64,000 nucleotides of DNA from Myxococcales bacterium (GTDB lineage: Bacteria > Myxococcota_A > Polyangia > Polyangiales > DASUME01). A model generated the notes under the pieces. That model was given only the letters and a program-made list of their open reading frames with translations, was not told the origin of the DNA and did not search any database. Of this stretch, positions 61,221-64,000 are shown in pieces. The DNA is taken from positions 8,352,001 to 8,416,000 of the forward strand of contig JASGJH010000001.1 of the NCBI GenBank assembly GCA_047601445.1. The letters are read 5' to 3'. Position numbers and translations under genes: made by a program. Positions within the stretch are counted from its first letter, which is position 1. Every line of letters starts with the position of its first letter.

Positions 61221-64000
61221 ATGCGTGGTTTGCTGACTCGGTGGGTCGCGGCGATGGCCGTGATCGCGGCGGTCTGTTCCTGTGGTGTGAGCGAGTCTGC
61301 AAACTCAGATCAGTCCGAGCCAGGACTTCGAGAGCTCTCTCTCGAGCAGCTCACCGCACGCATGCTGGAGCTGCACCAAGGCTACCTGCACGCGCCTGGG
61401 GCGGCGCTCAGCGACGAGCTCGCCGAGGTGGCCAGCTTGCGTGCACCGCTGCTGCGACAAGTCGCACGTACGGACGGAGCGCGGGCGCGGCGCAGCGTGT
61501 TGCCGGACTACGTGCAGGTCAGCTTGCCGGACGCGGTCCAAAAGCTCGTCGAGCACCGGCTGACGCGCACCGGAAAGCTCGTCGCGCGAATCTACGACTA
61601 TCCCGAGCGTGCGGTCACCGAGCACGTGCTCGAGCTCTCGGCCGAGGAGCGCTACACGCTGGCGTACGCGGGGGATGCGCCCCATGCGCTGAGCGGTTCG
61701 ACGCTCGCCGTCAACGGGTGGGACCTCGGCGAACGGCTGGTGATGGTCGAGACTGCGGAGAACAAGGGGAAGCCGCTCGGAGTGCAGCCGTTTACGGATG
61801 AGAAGTTCCTCGTGCTGCTCATCAACTTCTTCGACAACAAGACCACCCCCGGCAGCACCATCAACTCGATCAAGTCCACGCTCTTCGGCGGCGGCAGCGA
61901 TGACGTGAACACGTTCTTCAAGGCCGCCTCCCAGGGGACCGCGACTATCACCGGGGACGTGTACGGCTGGTTCACCATCAAGCAGAACCGCATCAACTGT
62001 CATCCCGACACGCTGGCCGAGCTCGGCCTCTCCGCCGCCGCGCAAGCAGGCATCGACATCGCTGCGTACGACCACTATGTCTTCGTGCATCCCGACATGA
62101 GCTGTGGCTGGTCCGGCCTGGCCACCGTCGGAGGAGATCCCCAGACCTATGCCTGGGTGGTCGAGGACTCCACGGACATCGACCATATCTTCGAGCACGA
62201 ACTCGGCCACAATCTGGGCCTGAAGCACGCGCAGTCGGCTGACTGCGGAAGCAGCACGTTGCTCGCGGACCTCAGCGGTTGCACGACGAGCGAGTATGGC
62301 AACAAGGTCGATACCATGGGGTCGGGAACGGCCTCGTACAGTGCCTTTCAGCTCGAGTACGCCGGTTGGCTCAATCAAGGATCCTTTCCCGCCATTACCA
62401 GCGTGGGCGCGAGCGGAACGTACACCATCGCGCCCTTGATGGGCACGACCGCCGGTCCGCGCGCTCTCAAGGTCCCTTACGGCGCCTCCGGGACCCTGTC
62501 GCGCTCGTACTACGTCGAGTACCGCCAGCCGACCAGCATCGACAGTCCCGTGAACAACACGGTCTTCGACGATGGCGTGCTGTTCATGCTCGCGACCGAA
62601 GACTCGACCTACGAGAGCTACGCGTTCGACATGCACCCGACCGGGAGCGCGTACACGCTGCAAAGTGGCGAGACGTTCACGGACGATCGCGGCACCACGT
62701 TCAAGGTCGTGTCGACCAGCAGCACGGGCGCGACCGTGAGCGTGACGCTGCCGGCCGCGGCGGCCTCCTGCACGCGCGCCGCCCCCACGCTGACGATCAC
62801 GAAGAAGGCAACCGAGAACAGCTACGCGCCGGGCGTGCTGGCCACCTACACGATCCAGCTCACCAACAACGATAGCGCCGGCTGCGGCGCGAGCTCGTTC
62901 GCACTGGCCACGAGCGGCTTTCCACAGGGCTTCAGCGTCTCGAGCCAGCCGAGCATCCTCGCCTATCCGGGAACCACAGGCCGCGCGACCTTGCGCGTCG
63001 TACCACCCGCGAACGCCTCCGGTACGACGACCTTCACCGTGACTGCCGAAGATGCCAGCGTCAGCGGGCACGCGACCAGCCGCAGTGCGGAGTACACCGC
63101 GTCGACCTGCGTCGTGAAGAGCCCGACCATCAGCTTCTCGCCAGCGAGCAAGGGCGTGGCGAGCGGATCTTCGCTGGTGAGCGAGGACTTCTACGTCGAG
63201 ATCACGAACAACGACTCCGCTGACTGCGGCACGATGTCGTTGCGTGACGCCAAGGACCTCGTCAACAACACCCTTTGGAGTTCGTTCCTCGAGGTGGCCG
63301 CGCTGAACACTGCAATCGCGCCGGGTCAGACGGTTGCGGGCAGGTACATCGTCTACGTGCCGATCGACCAGAGCGCTGGCACCTATGACGTCGGGCAGCT
63401 TCTCACGTGGTCGCACAAGACGCCGAGTGGCACCCAGTACACGTCGCAGGTGATGCGACCGACCGTGGTCGTCGGAGGAGGCTGTACCCGCGTCCGGCCG
63501 CTGGTGAGCGTCACGCCGAAGTCCAGCAACATCGGCTATGGATCGGCGAACAACTACACCGTGAACATCAGGAGCCTCGATTCGGCGAGCTGCTCCGCGC
63601 GTAGCTTTACGCTCGCCGCCACACCCCCGACGGGTTGGACGGCCACTCTCGACAGCTCCTCGGTCAGCTTGAGCCCGGGCGGAACCGCGAGCGCAACCCT
63701 CACCGTCACGCCTTCGGGCTCGGCCCTGGCAGGCGACTATGCGACCGTCGTCACAGTCACCAACGACACGGCGTCGAGCAGCGCCAGCGCCACCTACGCG
63801 CTGCGCTGTCAGATCCAGGTCAATCCGACTGTCAGCTTCATCCCGAGTAAGCAGGTGGGCAGCGCGGGCGATACGCTGACCTACACGGTCAAGGTGGCGA
63901 ACACCAGCCCAGTCGCCTGCGGCACCGAGACCTACACGCTGTCCGAATGGATGTTCGGTGAGCACGGAACGACTGGTTGGGAGCTGGCGCTTGGGACCGA
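61221..64000 (+). CDS. Secreted metzincin metalloprotease lipoprotein (M11/M6-like) with tandem Ig-like (NEW3-like) domains; 3' truncated by the window edge
   Basis: Missing from the ORF track because no stop is reached. GAGGGG RBS then ATG at 61221: MRGLLTRWVAAMAVIAAVCSC; HELGHNLGLKH, EYG...DTMG Met-turn, YYVEYRQ; repeated TNNDS/SLDS-type Ig units. Confidence 0.85.
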   Translation, partial: MRGLLTRWVAAMAVIAAVCSCGVSESANSDQSEPGLRELSLEQLTARMLELHQGYLHAPGAALSDELAEVASLRAPLLRQVARTDGARARRSVLPDYVQVSLPDAVQKLVEHRLTRTGKLVARIYDYPERAVTEHVLELSAEERYTLAYAGDAPHALSGSTLAVNGWDLGERLVMVETAENKGKPLGVQPFTDEKFLVLLINFFDNKTTPGSTINSIKSTLFGGGSDDVNTFFKAASQGTATITGDVYGWFTIKQNRINCHPDTLAELGLSAAAQAGIDIAAYDHYVFVHPDMSCGWSGLATVGGDPQTYAWVVEDSTDIDHIFEHELGHNLGLKHAQSADCGSSTLLADLSGCTTSEYGNKVDTMGSGTASYSAFQLEYAGWLNQGSFPAITSVGASGTYTIAPLMGTTAGPRALKVPYGASGTLSRSYYVEYRQPTSIDSPVNNTVFDDGVLFMLATEDSTYESYAFDMHPTGSAYTLQSGETFTDDRGTTFKVVSTSSTGATVSVTLPAAAASCTRAAPTLTITKKATENSYAPGVLATYTIQLTNNDSAGCGASSFALATSGFPQGFSVSSQPSILAYPGTTGRATLRVVPPANASGTTTFTVTAEDASVSGHATSRSAEYTASTCVVKSPTISFSPASKGVASGSSLVSEDFYVEITNNDSADCGTMSLRDAKDLVNNTLWSSFLEVAALNTAIAPGQTVAGRYIVYVPIDQSAGTYDVGQLLTWSHKTPSGTQYTSQVMRPTVVVGGGCTRVRPLVSVTPKSSNIGYGSANNYTVNIRSLDSASCSARSFTLAATPPTGWTATLDSSSVSLSPGGTASATLTVTPSGSALAGDYATVVTVTNDTASSSASATYALRCQIQVNPTVSFIPSKQVGSAGDTLTYTVKVANTSPVACGTETYTLSEWMFGEHGTTGWELALGT

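Noticed and set aside
61305..63965. 886-aa minus-strand ORF
   Set aside because: Antisense shadow of the plus-strand metalloprotease; high-GC codon bias leaves the mirror frame free of stops.

Overview
High-GC accessory region of a bacterial chromosome. The gene content (Ser/Thr kinase-AAA-GAF hybrids, Cys-rich lipoproteins, a sigma-54 activator) points to a myxobacterium (Polyangiales-like); this is an inference. About 39 CDSs were found, and no rRNA, tRNA, CRISPR array, integrase or transposase was recognised. Main modules: (1) a ~2000-aa Ser/Thr kinase-AAA-GAF-PAS protein ending in a CheA-like HPt/HATPase module, next to a lone receiver gene. (2) Phosphoester-scavenging genes: a phospholipase C-type and a SapM-type phosphoesterase flanking a di-heme bCcP/MauG-family protein, plus a phytase-like lipoprotein and a YVTN-phosphoesterase with a beta-barrel. 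(3) An apparently complete exosortase H sorting cassette, with its associated membrane protein and a double beta-propeller substrate carrying an IPTL-CTERM-like tail. (4) A class III cyclase with non-canonical base-specificity residues, divergent from a GAF/sigma-54 activator that lies directly upstream of a clear -24/-12 promoter driving a secreted lipase operon. (5) A lipase-patatin-GMC oxidase-SRPBCC operon. (6) An mddA-like operon. (7) A cytochrome c-fused PHM-type copper monooxygenase. (8) A hybrid kinase paired with a pseudokinase-HK hybrid. (9) A partial metzincin protease. Three genes carry single-base frameshifts; two share the identical context GAGAATCATC and all are at or next to GATC, so they are probably sequencing artefacts. 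All product calls come from reading motifs by eye; no database searches were run.
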